Source of the DNA: an uncultured Prochlorococcus sp.
GTDB taxonomy: Bacteria; Cyanobacteriota; Cyanobacteriia; PCC-6307; Cyanobiaceae
DNA length: 64,000 bases
Direction: 5' to 3'
NCBI RefSeq assembly: GCF_902626525.1
Contig: NZ_CACOFR010000004.1
Span: 2,525-66,524 of the forward strand
The notes under the pieces were generated by a model. That model did not search any database. It had not been told where the DNA came from and saw only the letters and a program-made list of their open reading frames with translations. Shown in pieces: positions 62,537 through 64,000 of the stretch. The stretch's first letter is position 1; the number at the start of each line of letters is the position of its first letter. Both the position numbers and the translations under genes were made by a program.

Positions 62537-62600
62537 ATAAAGGGATATATTTGTAAAAACCTAATTTCTCAATTCAATCAAGTTTTAATGTTTTTTTATA

Positions 62601-63452
62601 ATGAATGATTCTCAAAGAGTATCTATATTAAGCGAAGCACTTCCATATATACAAAGTTTCTCAGGTAGAAAAATTGTTATCAAGTATGGTGGTTCTGTTA
62701 TGGAAAATGATGATTTAAAAAATGCCTTTTTTAGAGACATAGCACTTTTATCAACCGTAGGGGTGTGTCCGATAGTAATTCATGGAGGTGGAGCTGAGAT
62801 TAATAATTGGTTAAAGAAATTAGAAATATCTCCTAAATTCGAAAATGGATTAAGAATTACTGATCAAAAAACAATGGAAATTGTCGAGATGGTTCTAATG
62901 GGTAGGGTTAACAAACAAATTGTAAAAGGAATTAATAAAACAGGATCCTTAGCTGTGGGAATATCAGGTCTTGATGGGAACTTAATTCAATCTAGAGAAT
63001 TAGGAGATGGGAGCCATGGGTTAGTTGGAGAGGTCACAAAAATCAATTCTGAAATATTAGATCCTCTAATATCTAAAGGATATATCCCTATTATTTCTAG
63101 TATTGGATCAACCATGGAGGGTATTTCCCATAATATAAATGCAGATTTGGTTGCTGGAGAAATTGCTGCTGCTATAAACGCAGAAAAACTTATTCTTCTT
63201 ACTGATACGCAAGGAATTTTAAAAGAAAAAGATAACAAGTATAGTCTTGTTGAAAAAACGAATCTTAAAGAGGCAAGAGATTTTATTAATAAAAAAATTG
63301 TTACTGAAGGTATGATTCCAAAGACAGAATGCTGCATAAGAGCTTTAGCACAAGGAGTCAAAGCAGCTCACATAATTGATGGAAGAATAGAACATTCATT
63401 ACTTCTTGAGATTTTTACAAATTCCGGAATTGGTACAATGATAGTCGCCTAA
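62601..63452 (+). CDS. argB: Acetylglutamate kinase
   Basis: [14 protein letters not shown] and NINAD motifs. Confidence 0.95.
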   Translation: MNDSQRVSILSEALPYIQSFSGRKIVIKYGGSVMENDDLKNAFFRDIALLSTVGVCPIVIHGGGAEINNWLKKLEISPKFENGLRITDQKTMEIVEMVLMGRVNKQIVKGINKTGSLAVGISGLDGNLIQSRELGDGSHGLVGEVTKINSEILDPLISKGYIPIISSIGSTMEGISHNINADLVAGEIAAAINAEKLILLTDTQGILKEKDNKYSLVEKTNLKEARDFINKKIVTEGMIPKTECCIRALAQGVKAAHIIDGRIEHSLLLEIFTNSGIGTMIVA

Positions 63453-63455
63453 CCT

Positions 63456-64000
63456 ATGAAAACTTATGAGCAAGTTTTAGAAACAGTAGAACTTGCTTTA
63501 GCTAAAGGTGAGTATCATTATTGTATTGAATTTCTTTTGCCCATAATCGAATCGTTTCCTTTATCAAGCAAAGAGGGAGTAAATTTAAGAACAATTTTAA
63601 TTACTGCTCTTTGTGGTATCAATAACAAGGAGGAGGCTAAAAGATTTTGTAAAGAACTCCTAAAATCTTATGATAATAAGACGAGAGAAAATGCAAAATA
63701 TTTGATGGAAGTTATAGATTCTCCTGACATTAAAAAGCCAGAAAATTGGAATGTACAATTTGAAAGCAACCCATCACTAAATAAGAAATCTCTTAACTCA
63801 CTTCGCAATAAAAAAAAAGCAGTAAAGGAAAAAAATTTCATCAATATTAGTGATATTCCAACTGGTGAAACTAAACCCTTTCAGAAGGGATTTTCACTTA
63901 TTATTTTTTTTATACTACTGTTACTAATTCCACTCCTAAGTGGCTGCGTTAAAGTTGAGAATTCCCTTGATCTTAGTGATCTTGATTCTATTACGAATAA
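63456..64000 (+). CDS. Hypothetical protein, 3'-truncated by the window edge (TPR-like N-terminus, then a TM segment with an LSGC lipobox-like motif)
   Basis: My translation from ATG 63456 is MKTYEQVLETVELALAKGEYHYC...LLLLIPLLSGCVKVENS... The frame stays open to the window end and is absent from the ORF track. Confidence 0.45.
   Translation, partial: MKTYEQVLETVELALAKGEYHYCIEFLLPIIESFPLSSKEGVNLRTILITALCGINNKEEAKRFCKELLKSYDNKTRENAKYLMEVIDSPDIKKPENWNVQFESNPSLNKKSLNSLRNKKKAVKEKNFINISDIPTGETKPFQKGFSLIIFFILLLLIPLLSGCVKVENSLDLSDLDSITN

Overview
This window is strongly AT-rich and very gene-dense: most intergenic gaps are under 150 nt and many starts and stops overlap. The gene content and protein sequences are those of a marine picocyanobacterium, most consistent with a core-genome region of a high-light-adapted Prochlorococcus marinus. 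The recognisable blocks are as follows. (i) pyrC, a CaCA antiporter, gor, a CPYC Grx/GST-like gene and dnaA. (ii) A DUF2064 + GT2 glycosyltransferase pair, the hisG-ABC exporter-GNAT operon, gloB and ridA. (iii) The complete alpha-carboxysome locus on the minus strand (csoS1-cbbL-cbbS-csoS2-csoSCA-csoS4A-csoS4B-acRAF), with rdgB and csoS1D just upstream. (iv) chlN-chlB-chlL (DPOR), por and a small psaM-like ORF that the ORF track missed. (v) The cyanobacterial alkane cluster ado-aar-accA-SDR-folE. (vi) Housekeeping genes: ilvB, hemH, cobO, pyrH, frr, tal, ftsI, lepB, ppa, proS, psb27, purA, cobK, ssb and argB. I saw no rRNA, intact tRNA, CRISPR array, IS element or obvious acquired island, and I did not find a convincing novel multi-gene system. 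Five things are most worth a second look. First, a tRNA-Leu(UAA)-like 5' half fused to tandem decamers and a terminator downstream of pyrC. Second, an exact 14-nt repeat plus mutually exclusive GC-rich hairpins in the csoS1/rdgB intergenic region. Third, an unannotated ArsC/Spx-family pseudogene with three in-frame TAA codons and no frameshift. Fourth, a pgeF/yfiH homologue whose conserved N-terminus has no canonical start codon. Fifth, an orphan tyrosine recombinase sitting among core genes. All functional calls come from my recognition of motifs in the supplied translations; no database search was run.
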